Part shown: one piece after another, positions 47,574 to 56,139 of the stretch
Layout: each line of letters starts with the position of its first letter
Position numbering within the stretch: the stretch's first letter is position 1
NCBI GenBank assembly: GCA_020635035.1
Contig: JACKAO010000006.1
Location: forward strand, 57,583 to 121,582
Source: Calditrichia bacterium
GTDB lineage: Bacteria; Calditrichota; Calditrichia; Calditrichales; J004
Direction: 5' to 3'
Length of the DNA: 64,000 nucleotides
The notes under the pieces: model-generated
The model's database searches: none
What the model was told of the DNA's origin: nothing
What the model saw: only the letters and a program-made list of their open reading frames with translations
Position numbers and translations under genes: made by a program

Positions 47574-48323
47574 TTAAGTATTATTTTGAAGTTGTGATGC
47601 AATACTGTTTGCTTTTTTTAAATCATCAGGTGTGTCAACACTTATGGATTCATAATCTGTAAGTATTGTAAATATTCTGTAATTGTTTTCAAGAAATCTT
47701 AACTGTTCCAGTTTTTCACTTCGTTCAAGGTTGCTTTCTCCAAGCTCAGTAAGTTTTTCAAGACAAGATTTTCTGTATGCGTAAATCCCTATGTGTTTGT
47801 AAAAAACAGATAAATTTTCACCAGGGGTTCTGTTATCACGGATGAATGGAATGGCAGAACGTGAAAAATAAAGAGCAAATCCATTGCTTGCCCTCGTTAC
47901 TTTTACAACATTAGGATTGGAAATATCTGCTTCTTTTTCAATTTTTTTTACAGCTGTTGCAATTTCAACTTCCGGGTTTTCAAAAACATTTACAAGATTT
48001 TCTAATATCTTTTCGGAAATAAATGGTTCATCTCCCTGTAGGTTAATAACAATATCTGCAGATTTTTCTTTTATTGCTGCATATACACGGTCTGTTCCTG
48101 ATGGAAGTTCCGGGGCAGTCATTACAGCCATACCATTAAAATTTTCAACAGCTTTTTTAATAGCGGTGTGATCGGTGGCAACGATAACTTCATCAATATT
48201 GTTAGCTTTTGATGCTTGTTCATAAACCCACTGAATCATTGGCTTGCCTGCAATTTCTGCAAGCGGCTTACCCGGTAACCTGCTGGATGCGTATCGGGCA
48301 GGAATAACACAAATTGTTTTCAC
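47574..48323 (-). CDS. kdsB: 3-deoxy-manno-octulosonate cytidylyltransferase (CMP-Kdo synthetase)
   Basis: VIPARYASSRLPGKPL and NLQGDEP motifs. 249 aa. Confidence 0.9.
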   Translation of the reverse strand: MKTICVIPARYASSRLPGKPLAEIAGKPMIQWVYEQASKANNIDEVIVATDHTAIKKAVENFNGMAVMTAPELPSGTDRVYAAIKEKSADIVINLQGDEPFISEKILENLVNVFENPEVEIATAVKKIEKEADISNPNVVKVTRASNGFALYFSRSAIPFIRDNRTPGENLSVFYKHIGIYAYRKSCLEKLTELGESNLERSEKLEQLRFLENNYRIFTILTDYESISVDTPDDLKKANSIASQLQNNT

Positions 48324-48610
48324 TTAGTTACAACCTTCGGTACACGGAAAAAAGCATCATTCTTTTTTGGTGCATTTTCTAAAGCTTTGTTTCTATCTAG
48401 TGAAGCTTGCTCGATATCTTTTCTTAGAACATTAACAAGATCCAAACTATGAGATAAAGGCTCTATTCCATCTGTATTTATTTCATTAAGTTTTTCAACA
48501 TATTCCAGGATTTGATTTAGTTGTCCAAGAAATTTTGATTTTTCTTCTTCATTTAACTTAAGTCGTGCCAGGTTGGCAATTTTTTCCAGATCTTGTATAG
48601 TTACTGACAC
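48320..48610 (-). CDS. gatC: Asp/Glu-tRNA amidotransferase subunit C
   Basis: 96 aa. I.KIA.LARL.L.EEE...F..QL..IL.YVE.L.E..T pattern. Confidence 0.85.
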   Translation of the reverse strand: MSVTIQDLEKIANLARLKLNEEEKSKFLGQLNQILEYVEKLNEINTDGIEPLSHSLDLVNVLRKDIEQASLDRNKALENAPKKNDAFFRVPKVVTK

Positions 48611-48623
48611 TTAATCCTCCAAT

Positions 48624-49604
48624 TCAAAATATCGATTTCTTAAAACTTTGAGATAATTTTTTGACGGAATCCACGACAGCTTTGCCGGCATTACCTTCAA
48701 GTTTTTCAGGCTGCCAATATGTTACTTTTAAAGGAATCACTTCAGCATTAAGACTGTTCTTTGATATTTTTGTTTTTAAAAGCGCTGTAGTGTATTCAGG
48801 TCGTGAATTTCCACCAAAAATAAAATTTCCAAGAGAATATGCAATTATTTTATTTTTATATTTTTCAATTCCCTGTAATACATGGGGATGGTGTCCAATA
48901 ATCATATCTGCACCAAAGTCAATAACATTGTGTGCAAAAGCAATCTGGTCATCACCCGGTTTGGTAGCTTTTTCTGTTCCCCAATGAAAATTAACAATTA
49001 TAAGATCTACATCGTTGCGAATTTTTCTTATATCTTGTTCAATAAGATTAAGCTGGCGCAGAGCTGTACCTGCCGAGTCAATCTGAGCCGGATAAGAATC
49101 GCTGTGTTTATGAGTTCCGTAAAATCCCAAAAATGCAATTTTGAGCCCTTTTCTGAAAAATATAACCGGATGCCTGGCTTCTGAATTATTGCGCCCGGCT
49201 CCTACATAGTAGATATTTTCTTTTCTTAAATAGTCTATTGTATCAAAAAGCCCTTGAGATCCAAAATCGTAAATGTGATTATTCCCAAGAGTAACTATAT
49301 CAATACCACTTGTAGCTAACATTTTAGCATAAACGGGAAGTGCTCTGAATGTAAATTTTTTGTCTACAGCCGAACCACGACTGGTTAAGGGATTTTCCAG
49401 ATTGATCATTGTCAGATCAGCATCATCAAACCAGGGAATCTTTTCAAATGGATAAACTGTATTATTTCCGACGTGATTTTCAAAATGATTTGCAAGAGTT
49501 ACATCTCCGCAAAAAAGTATGGATACTATAGAATCAGGAGATTTAAAATTTCCTGCCTGCAACGATGTAGAAATTAACAAATAAAGAAAAAAATATGTTT
49601 TCAT
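48624..49604 (-). CDS. CapA/PgsA-family metallophosphatase-like protein
   Basis: Signal peptide MKTYFFLYLLISTSLQA. GDV...H, GNHIYDFG, NFHWGTE and GHHPHVLQG motifs. Start moved to 49604; the listed upstream extension overlaps a terminator and the M23 gene end. Confidence 0.75.
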   Translation of the reverse strand: MKTYFFLYLLISTSLQAGNFKSPDSIVSILFCGDVTLANHFENHVGNNTVYPFEKIPWFDDADLTMINLENPLTSRGSAVDKKFTFRALPVYAKMLATSGIDIVTLGNNHIYDFGSQGLFDTIDYLRKENIYYVGAGRNNSEARHPVIFFRKGLKIAFLGFYGTHKHSDSYPAQIDSAGTALRQLNLIEQDIRKIRNDVDLIIVNFHWGTEKATKPGDDQIAFAHNVIDFGADMIIGHHPHVLQGIEKYKNKIIAYSLGNFIFGGNSRPEYTTALLKTKISKNSLNAEVIPLKVTYWQPEKLEGNAGKAVVDSVKKLSQSFKKSIF

Positions 49605-49610
49605 TCTGCT

Positions 49611-49641
49611 ATAAATAAAAAAACCGCCATGGAGGCGGTTA
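49611..49641 (-). terminator. rho-independent terminator after M23 peptidase gene
   Basis: On the minus strand, AACCGCC-TCCAT-GGCGGTT is followed by TTTTTTTATTTAT. Confidence 0.7.
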
Positions 49642-49662
49642 AAGTTTTTAGAATAATATTTA

Positions 49663-50622
49663 CTACTTGTTAACAACCATTGTATTAAGAATTTGATCAT
49701 CAAAATAATATAAACGTGGATCTAATGGTTTTCCTTCATAACGAACTTCATAATGAAGATGGGGTGCTGTAGAAATACCTGTATTTCCAACTTCGCCAAT
49801 TTTTTGACCTCGTTTAACTTTTTCTCCTGTTCTTACTACATATTTGTTAAGGTGCCCATATCGCGTTTCGTAACCATATTTATGATCTATACGCACCATG
49901 CGTCCATAACCGCCAGCCACACCAGTAAATTTTATAACACCATCCGCAGATGCGTAGACCGGAGTACCACGTGGTGCAGAAAAATCCATTCCTTCATGGT
50001 GTTTACGAACACCCTGAATCGGATGCATTCTCATTCCGAAGGTGCTTGAAAGATAACCTTCCAGCACAGGTTTTAATGAAGGAAGATGTTTAAGCGAATC
50101 CTGTTTTTTCTGGAAAGTTTTCATTAACTCTGTATAACTTTCCAATTCAAGTTTAACTTCACGTTCAAGCTTTGAGAGTTCGTTTAGCTGCTTCCCAAGC
50201 CCAACATTATCTTCAAATCCGGAAACTTCGTCTTCAAAATTATAGGCGTAGTCAGAACCACCGATACCTACTTCACGAATATCCGAACTCAATTGAGACA
50301 TACCTAAAACTGTACGTAATTCATCATCTTTTTTTACAATAACTAAAATTTGCTGACTGATGGAGTCTATCTTAGCTTTTGCCTCAATCAATCTGTCTTC
50401 AAGAACAGCGTTTGTCCGCTCAAGTGTTTTTATTTTTGAATTCTGACTAAAATCAATAAACAAATCTAATCCAAGCTTTCCAACAAAAGTAAAGGAAATT
50501 AGAAATAGAAATGAGAATGTAAACAATTTAAGGCGAGATATTTTGAACTCTTTAACTTCAGATTTATTCCGAGGTACAAAAATCAGCCGAGATTCATCTT
50601 TCATAAGAAGATTTTCCTGCAA
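49663..50622 (-). CDS. M23-family (LytM/EnvC-like) metallopeptidase with coiled-coil N-terminal region
   Basis: HEGMDF and GNTGISTAPHLHYEV zinc motifs. N-terminal TM plus coiled coil. Confidence 0.85.
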   Translation of the reverse strand: MQENLLMKDESRLIFVPRNKSEVKEFKISRLKLFTFSFLFLISFTFVGKLGLDLFIDFSQNSKIKTLERTNAVLEDRLIEAKAKIDSISQQILVIVKKDDELRTVLGMSQLSSDIREVGIGGSDYAYNFEDEVSGFEDNVGLGKQLNELSKLEREVKLELESYTELMKTFQKKQDSLKHLPSLKPVLEGYLSSTFGMRMHPIQGVRKHHEGMDFSAPRGTPVYASADGVIKFTGVAGGYGRMVRIDHKYGYETRYGHLNKYVVRTGEKVKRGQKIGEVGNTGISTAPHLHYEVRYEGKPLDPRLYYFDDQILNTMVVNK

Positions 50623-50741
50623 TTAGGTTCCAATTTGTGCGAATAATCACATTTTTTTAATACCAATGCCCTGCAAAGGTAATTAAAAATATTCGAACGA
50701 TCAAGATGTAATTTAAGATAATGTAGGCTTTTTAACCAGTT

Positions 50742-51590
50742 TTAGCCCAGATAATAGCGTAAAACTTTACTTCTGGAACTGTGCCTAAGCCTGCGGAGGG
50801 CTTTTTCTTTGATCTGACGGACTCTTTCCCTGGTGAGTTTAAACTTCACACCAATCTCTTCTAATGTGTGCGGTTTCTCACCGTCTAACCCGAAATAAAG
50901 TTTTAAAATCCGGGCTTCGCGTGCACTTAATGTTGACAATATATAATTTACTTCTTCTTTTAAAGATTCACCCATTACGTCAGAATCCGGTTCCGGATCC
51001 TGTCTGTTTTGGATAATATCAATAAGACGGCTGTCACTGTTTTTCTGTAAAGGAGAGTCCATAGATACAGAACGAGTCGCCATCTTTATTGTATCTGTGA
51101 TGTCACCGCTATCTACTTCAAGTACGTTTGCAATTTCATCAGGAGTAGGTTCACGTTCATACTCCTGTTCCAGCATACTGTATACTTTACCAATTTTTGT
51201 TAATGTTCCAACCCTGTTTAACGGCAAACGCACGAGACGCGATTGTTCTGCGATGGCCTGCAGAATAGATTGTTTAATCCACCAGACAGCATAAGAAATA
51301 AATTTAAAACCACGGGTTTCATCAAAGCGGTAAGCAGCTTTCATCAAACCAAGGTTACCTTCGTTTATTAAGTCTTCAAGAGACAGGCCATAGTTTTGAT
51401 ATGATTTCGCTACACTAACTACAAACCGTAAGTTAGCACTTACCAATCTTTTAAGTGCCCGCTGATCATTTTGTTTTATTCTTTTTGCTAATTCTATTTC
51501 TTCATCCGGGGTTAAGAGTTTGACCTCCCCGATTTCGCGCAAATAATTTTCTAATGATTGGTTTTTACTTATAAAAAAATCACTCACCAA
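50742..51590 (-). CDS. sigma-70 family sigma factor, short RpoD/RpoS-like (regions 2-4, no region 1.1)
   Basis: [13 protein letters not shown] (region 2.4) and [27 protein letters not shown] (region 4.2). 282 aa. Confidence 0.8.
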   Translation of the reverse strand: MVSDFFISKNQSLENYLREIGEVKLLTPDEEIELAKRIKQNDQRALKRLVSANLRFVVSVAKSYQNYGLSLEDLINEGNLGLMKAAYRFDETRGFKFISYAVWWIKQSILQAIAEQSRLVRLPLNRVGTLTKIGKVYSMLEQEYEREPTPDEIANVLEVDSGDITDTIKMATRSVSMDSPLQKNSDSRLIDIIQNRQDPEPDSDVMGESLKEEVNYILSTLSAREARILKLYFGLDGEKPHTLEEIGVKFKLTRERVRQIKEKALRRLRHSSRSKVLRYYLG

Positions 51591-51659
51591 ATTCTCCGAT
51601 TTTTAAATTGAAACTTCTAGTTTTAAAATATTATTTAGTCAAACGCAAGATTTTTTTTA

Positions 51660-51983
51660 TTATTTCTTTTCAATAAATGTTGTTTCATCAAGGCTTTTTA
51701 TACGTTTTAATTCCTGCTCACACATTTTTAATTCGTTTTCCAGATTCTTTATTTCATTAATTACTGATTTGATGTCAGTAGCATTTTCCAGGTTAAAATC
51801 GGAAGATTTTGATAAAACATCATAAGCACGTCCACCTAATTCCAGCATTTTTTCTTCGATTTCTTTTTTCACACCAAGAATATCAATTTTTATCCGGCCA
51901 ATTTTTGTGTACTCCGAGGTAATGTCGCTCGCTGCGTAAAAGCCGTCAAGCAGTCCTTTCCTGATTTTATCAAATAATGTCAT
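51660..51983 (-). CDS. hypothetical coiled-coil protein (107 aa)
   Basis: No recognisable motif. Heptad-rich C-terminal half. Its start overlaps the EutN-like gene end by 14 nt, so it is probably co-translated. Confidence 0.4.
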   Translation of the reverse strand: MTLFDKIRKGLLDGFYAASDITSEYTKIGRIKIDILGVKKEIEEKMLELGGRAYDVLSKSSDFNLENATDIKSVINEIKNLENELKMCEQELKRIKSLDETTFIEKK

Positions 51984-52248
51984 TGCTTAACTCAATTTTA
52001 TCAACTATCCCGATAATTGTTGCATCACTTAATGCGGGTTTGTTTATTAACGGTATAACAGCTTCTGATGCGGTTATATAAAATACAATTTCTCCTGTTC
52101 CTGCTCCAACGCTATCAATTGCAATTATTGGTGAGCCGATATCATGATTTTCTGCTGTAATTGGTTGCAATAATTGCATCTTTAAACCAGTTAGCTGTTC
52201 GTCTTTTTGTGTTGCCCAGATATTTCCTATGACCCTGGCTAATTCCAT
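51970..52248 (-). CDS. EutN/CcmL-family microcompartment vertex (BMC-P) protein
   Basis: MELARVIGNIWATQKDEQL.GLK...L.P and VGAG.GEIV...AS motifs. Start at the Met at 52248, 1 nt after the upstream stop. Confidence 0.75.
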   Translation of the reverse strand: MELARVIGNIWATQKDEQLTGLKMQLLQPITAENHDIGSPIIAIDSVGAGTGEIVFYITASEAVIPLINKPALSDATIIGIVDKIELSNDII

Positions 52249-52249
52249 A

Positions 52250-52525
52250 TTATTTTTTTTCAACTACATCAAGTTTGTCAATAATTCCTGAAACCACTGC
52301 ATCTACGGGCTTACCTTCGGTTAATTTGGATTGGCGGGCAGAACTTCCAGTTGTAAGCATTACAATTTCACCAACTCCGGCGCCCACGGTATCGGCCGCG
52401 ACTGCATAGCTTTTTTTTAAAGATAAGTCCAGGTCTATATGCTGGACGACCAGAAGCTTCAATCCTTCTAACTTTTCATCTTTGCGCGTTGCCCAGACAG
52501 TACCGATTACTTTACCAAGTAACAT
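52250..52525 (-). CDS. EutN/CcmL-family microcompartment vertex (BMC-P) protein
   Basis: MLLGKVIGTVWATRKDEKLEGLKLLVVQ...DTVGAGVGEIVMLTTGSSAR is the canonical EutN/CcmL pattern. Confidence 0.8.
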   Translation of the reverse strand: MLLGKVIGTVWATRKDEKLEGLKLLVVQHIDLDLSLKKSYAVAADTVGAGVGEIVMLTTGSSARQSKLTEGKPVDAVVSGIIDKLDVVEKK

Positions 52526-52534
52526 AAACTCTCA

Positions 52535-53722
52535 TTAATTAAATATCTGATTTAAAAAACTGATACCTGTCCCAGTTGATTCAACACCCATATACTCGGC
52601 AATAGTGGCCTGAATATCAGCGAAAGTGTTACGAATACCCAGATTGTTATTCTCACTGAATTGTTCGCCAAAAACAAGTAATGGCACATATTCACGTGTG
52701 TGATCGGTTCCCGGGTATAATGGATCGTTTCCATGGTCGGCAGTCAACATCACTAAATCTTCTTCCCGGAGATTTTTCTGTAATTCCGGTAGCCAATTAT
52801 CAAACGATATAAGTCCCTGATAAAATCCATCAGGATCGTTCCTGTGTCCCCAAAGCATATCAAAATCCACAAGATTTGCCATAATAAATGCCGGACCGGA
52901 TTGATTTACTTCATCAAGTATGGCATCCATTCCCTGGTCATTGGTTTTTGTATAAACGCTCTTTTGAATTCCAAACCGTGCATACAGATCATTGATTTTG
53001 CCAATACCAACTGTTGGAATTCCATTCTTCATAATATTTTGATGAATAGTTGCAGCAAAAGGTTGCAATGAAAAATCTTTACGATCCTTTGTTCTCTCAA
53101 ATTCTGAAGCATTCTTTCCACGGAAAGGACGGGCAATAACCCTGGCAACGGCATGTTCACCAGATAATATTTCTCTTGCAATTTCACAATATCTATATAA
53201 TTCTTCCAAAGCTATTAAATCGATGTTTACTGCAATCTGAAAAACAGAATCAGCTGAAGTGTAAACAATAATTTTACCGGTATTTAAATGTTCTTCGCCG
53301 AGTTGTTTTATTATTTCGGTTCCTGATGCAGCAATATTACCTATGGTTTTTCTTCCGGTACGTTTCTCAAACTCTTTGATTATTGATTCAGGAAATCCGC
53401 CAGGATAGGTTGGAAAGGGCTTTTCAAGCTGTAATCCAGCTATTTCCCAATGACCGGTTGTTGAATCTTTGCCTGCAGAGACTTCCTGCATTTTTCCGAA
53501 ACTGGCTTTTGCAACGACGTCACTACTCATTCCATTAAGCGAAGCTATTTTTCCAAGCCCAAGTGTTTCCAGGTTTGGTAAATTGAAGCCGCCAACATAG
53601 TCTGCCAAATGGCCAAGAGTATTACTTCCGACATCGTTGTATTTATCTGCATCTGGCAAATAACCAATCCCCACACCATCAAGAATAATAAGTATAACTC
53701 TTCTCATAGCATTTTTAGCCAT
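52535..53722 (-). CDS. deoB: phosphopentomutase
   Basis: RVILIILDGVGIG, GKDSTTGHWE and LTADHGNDP motifs. 395 aa. Confidence 0.9.
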   Translation of the reverse strand: MAKNAMRRVILIILDGVGIGYLPDADKYNDVGSNTLGHLADYVGGFNLPNLETLGLGKIASLNGMSSDVVAKASFGKMQEVSAGKDSTTGHWEIAGLQLEKPFPTYPGGFPESIIKEFEKRTGRKTIGNIAASGTEIIKQLGEEHLNTGKIIVYTSADSVFQIAVNIDLIALEELYRYCEIAREILSGEHAVARVIARPFRGKNASEFERTKDRKDFSLQPFAATIHQNIMKNGIPTVGIGKINDLYARFGIQKSVYTKTNDQGMDAILDEVNQSGPAFIMANLVDFDMLWGHRNDPDGFYQGLISFDNWLPELQKNLREEDLVMLTADHGNDPLYPGTDHTREYVPLLVFGEQFSENNNLGIRNTFADIQATIAEYMGVESTGTGISFLNQIFN

Positions 53723-53775
53723 TCAGCAATTTTTGAGTATATGCAGATTTGTTTTCAATATAATTAATAAGAAAC

Positions 53776-54321
53776 TTACTCAACAACATATGCATGTTTT
53801 ATAATAATAGGATTCTTAGGCTTATTGTTAAAATCTACAGGTTCCCAGCTAATTTTATCGGCCACTTCTAAATTTTTTATTACAGTTCCGAAAATTGTAT
53901 AGGCTCCATCCATCATGCGGAGTTCCTGAAGGCATATATAAAACTGGCTGCCATTTGACTTTTTCTCGGTTTTGTCAAAAGTTTTAACTCTTCCAGCCCC
54001 AACAGCGCCCCGAACATTTTTTAAGCCAAATTCATGATCAATTGTATAACCCGGACCGCCTAAACCGTCATTATCCGGATCATCATCTTTACTAAGCGGA
54101 TCGCCTCCCTGGATCAGTCCACCGGGAACCAGGCGATGGAATGTAGTTCCATCATAAAAACCTGATTTCACAAGTTTTACAAAATTTTCTGAATGATTGG
54201 GAGCGACATCATAGTTTACTTCTATGACGATGTCACCAAAATTTGTTTCCAGAACCACCTGATCATTATGCCGGCAACTTATCAGTATAAAGGCCAGACC
54301 CAGAAATATATATTTTTTCAT
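53776..54321 (-). CDS. cyclophilin-type peptidyl-prolyl isomerase lipoprotein
   Basis: Lipobox LISC. FHRLVPGGLIQGGDP and GSQFYI motifs. Confidence 0.85.
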   Translation of the reverse strand: MKKYIFLGLAFILISCRHNDQVVLETNFGDIVIEVNYDVAPNHSENFVKLVKSGFYDGTTFHRLVPGGLIQGGDPLSKDDDPDNDGLGGPGYTIDHEFGLKNVRGAVGAGRVKTFDKTEKKSNGSQFYICLQELRMMDGAYTIFGTVIKNLEVADKISWEPVDFNNKPKNPIIIKHAYVVE

Positions 54322-54490
54322 TTTTACAAAGCTATCTGTTCGTTGAAAACCTGTTAAACCCTAAGCAGTATATACAGGAAAGTTTATAAATTTACAATTA
54401 TTATGGACGTGCATCAAACGAATTTTTTCTTTTGGCAGGAAATAAAAAGGGAGGGGGAAACATAATTAAAAAAGAACCAAAAAAAATGCT

Positions 54491-55042
54491 TTATGTTTTT
54501 CTTATCCTATAAATTTGGTTCAGTTTCCGGTCAAGAAAATAGTAGAATAAAATTGCAATCAAACCCATTAAAATAAAAAATGAATATTGATTTAAGTCTG
54601 GCAATTTAAAATCAATATTGACCGACGGAAGCATGTCTTTTACTGTATCAAGATATTTGTTTTCTTCTACGACCTGTTTTTGCTCGGAAACAATCTCTGT
54701 AACATTTTGTGGCAGGTATTGAGCAATCTTGCCACTAAAAAGCAACCATGATCCAATGGCAAAAAGTGTAACGACTGCAAGCAGAAAAACCCAATCTGTT
54801 TTTTTCTTTGGAATACCTTGTACCGCTATACGCTCAACAGATTGAATAACTTTCTGCGAAATTATTTCGGGTGCTGTCCGCGGTTTTAGTTCTGCAAGAA
54901 TTGAATTTGCCAGTATTTGCCGGTTATAGATCGTTCTGCACTGGCTGCAATTTTCAAAATGCAGAAAACGATTGCTGTCGAGGCTTTTTGGAGTTTTTGA
55001 GATAATCAGCTGTATCTCATCAATTGTTAAATGCTTACTCAT
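54491..55042 (-). CDS. anti-sigma factor (zf-HC2 type, single TM)
   Basis: HFENCSQC (H-x3-C-x2-C) near the N-terminus, central TM (WVFLLAVVTLFAIGSWLLF). 4-nt overlap with the ECF sigma gene. Confidence 0.7.
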   Translation of the reverse strand: MSKHLTIDEIQLIISKTPKSLDSNRFLHFENCSQCRTIYNRQILANSILAELKPRTAPEIISQKVIQSVERIAVQGIPKKKTDWVFLLAVVTLFAIGSWLLFSGKIAQYLPQNVTEIVSEQKQVVEENKYLDTVKDMLPSVNIDFKLPDLNQYSFFILMGLIAILFYYFLDRKLNQIYRIRKT

Positions 55043-55632
55043 ATCAATTCTTCCTCGGAATATTTCTTTAACAAAATTTCCCGCATAGTGTTTCTTCCGC
55101 GATGTAAATGCGTTTTTATAGTATTAACAGGCAGCTTCATCAGATCACTTATTTCGCGGATGCTGAAATGCTGCAGATAATGAAGTGTAATAATTATTCC
55201 CTGATGTAACGGAAGATGATCGATTGTTTCCCATAATATGTTCTGTTTTTCTTCTCTGTCAAATGAATCGTTCAAAATATCAGGATGTTTTGTATTAAGA
55301 AGTTCTTCATTTTTTGAGATGTCCGTTTCATTTGTTCCTGTCGTTAGTTCAGAAATATTGAAAACGATTTTTTTCTTATCTAGATAGTTTAAACATGTTC
55401 TGTAAGTTATTGTGTAAAGCCAGGTTGTGAACTTTGATCGCTCTTCATAACTGTTAATTTTATTATAAACCTTGATAAAAACATCCTGAGTTAACTCTTC
55501 TGCCACATCTTTTAATTTTACCATTTGAATAACAAGCGTATAAACGTAATCCTGGTGTAAGTCCATTATTTTTTTCAGGGATTGCGTATCACCGGATTTT
55601 AGACGATCTATAAGCTGCTTTTCTGTTAACAT
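55039..55632 (-). CDS. ECF-type sigma-70 family sigma factor
   Basis: 197 aa. Region 2 (DVFIKVY...F.TWLYTITYR) and region 4 (REISDLMKLPVNTIKTHLHRGR). Confidence 0.85.
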   Translation of the reverse strand: MLTEKQLIDRLKSGDTQSLKKIMDLHQDYVYTLVIQMVKLKDVAEELTQDVFIKVYNKINSYEERSKFTTWLYTITYRTCLNYLDKKKIVFNISELTTGTNETDISKNEELLNTKHPDILNDSFDREEKQNILWETIDHLPLHQGIIITLHYLQHFSIREISDLMKLPVNTIKTHLHRGRNTMREILLKKYSEEELI

Positions 55633-55641
55633 GAGAAATAA

Positions 55642-55667
55642 GACAGGGTTAATTGATTTACGGTTTC
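55642..55667 (-). promoter_or_regulatory. candidate ECF promoter (autoregulatory) upstream of ECF sigma gene
   Basis: Minus strand reads TGAAACC-N-CCTGTCTTAT: GAAAC = rc of 55663-55667, 17-nt spacer, TGTC = rc of 55642-55645. The -10 element lies 9 nt before the ATG. Confidence 0.45.
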
Positions 55668-55719
55668 AGATTTATAAAAATATTTTTTGTAATTTTTTCC
55701 TATTTAAGACAAAAATGTT

Positions 55720-55745
55720 GAAACCCTTTAAGGAATCAACCTGTC
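55720..55745 (+). promoter_or_regulatory. candidate ECF promoter for divergent small membrane protein gene
   Basis: Plus strand reads TGAAACC-N-CCTGTCCTAT: GAAAC at 55720-55724, 17-nt spacer, TGTC at 55742-55745. Same motif and spacing as the minus-strand copy. Confidence 0.45.
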
Positions 55746-55776
55746 CTATGTTACAAAACCACCAAGGAGGAAAGCA

Positions 55777-56118
55777 ATGCAAGAAGAAATTTTAATTCCG
55801 ATTACACTTTTTATAGCGGTAGCGATTGTTCTGTATAATTTTTTAAAGTCACGGCATGCTGAACGCATGGCAATAATCGATAAAGGACTGAATGAAGAAC
55901 AGCTAAGTTATCTGCTTAGAACAAAAAAGGCACCGGCATCGAATGAGTGGAGCATCAAACTGGGGGCGATTTTAATCGGTGTCGGTCTGGCAATTTTATT
56001 AGGAACTATGGCTCCTTACGATATGAGAGATGCAGTAATAACCGGTTTGATTTTTCTCTTTCCCGGCATCGGATTACTGCTTGTATATATTTTTGCAGGG
56101 AAAAAATCAGAAGAATAA
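55777..56118 (+). CDS. small membrane protein (3 predicted TM helices), ECF-associated
   Basis: 113 aa. Hydrophobic segments IPITLFIAVAIVLYNF, IKLGAILIGVGLAILLG and ITGLIFLFPGIGLLLVYIF. AAGGAGG precedes the ATG. Confidence 0.6.
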   Translation: MQEEILIPITLFIAVAIVLYNFLKSRHAERMAIIDKGLNEEQLSYLLRTKKAPASNEWSIKLGAILIGVGLAILLGTMAPYDMRDAVITGLIFLFPGIGLLLVYIFAGKKSEE

Positions 56119-56139
56119 AACAAATAATGAAAAAGCTTT

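Noticed and set aside
49605-49703. 33-aa N-terminal extension of the CapA-like ORF (listed start 49703).
   Set aside because: The extension runs through a terminator hairpin and overlaps the M23 gene end. The Met at 49604 begins a clean signal peptide.
51970-52525. A complete bacterial microcompartment locus.
   Set aside because: Only two BMC-P (EutN/CcmL) genes are present. No BMC-H/T shell or signature enzyme genes occur in the window. It is therefore reported as an orphan or satellite vertex pair.
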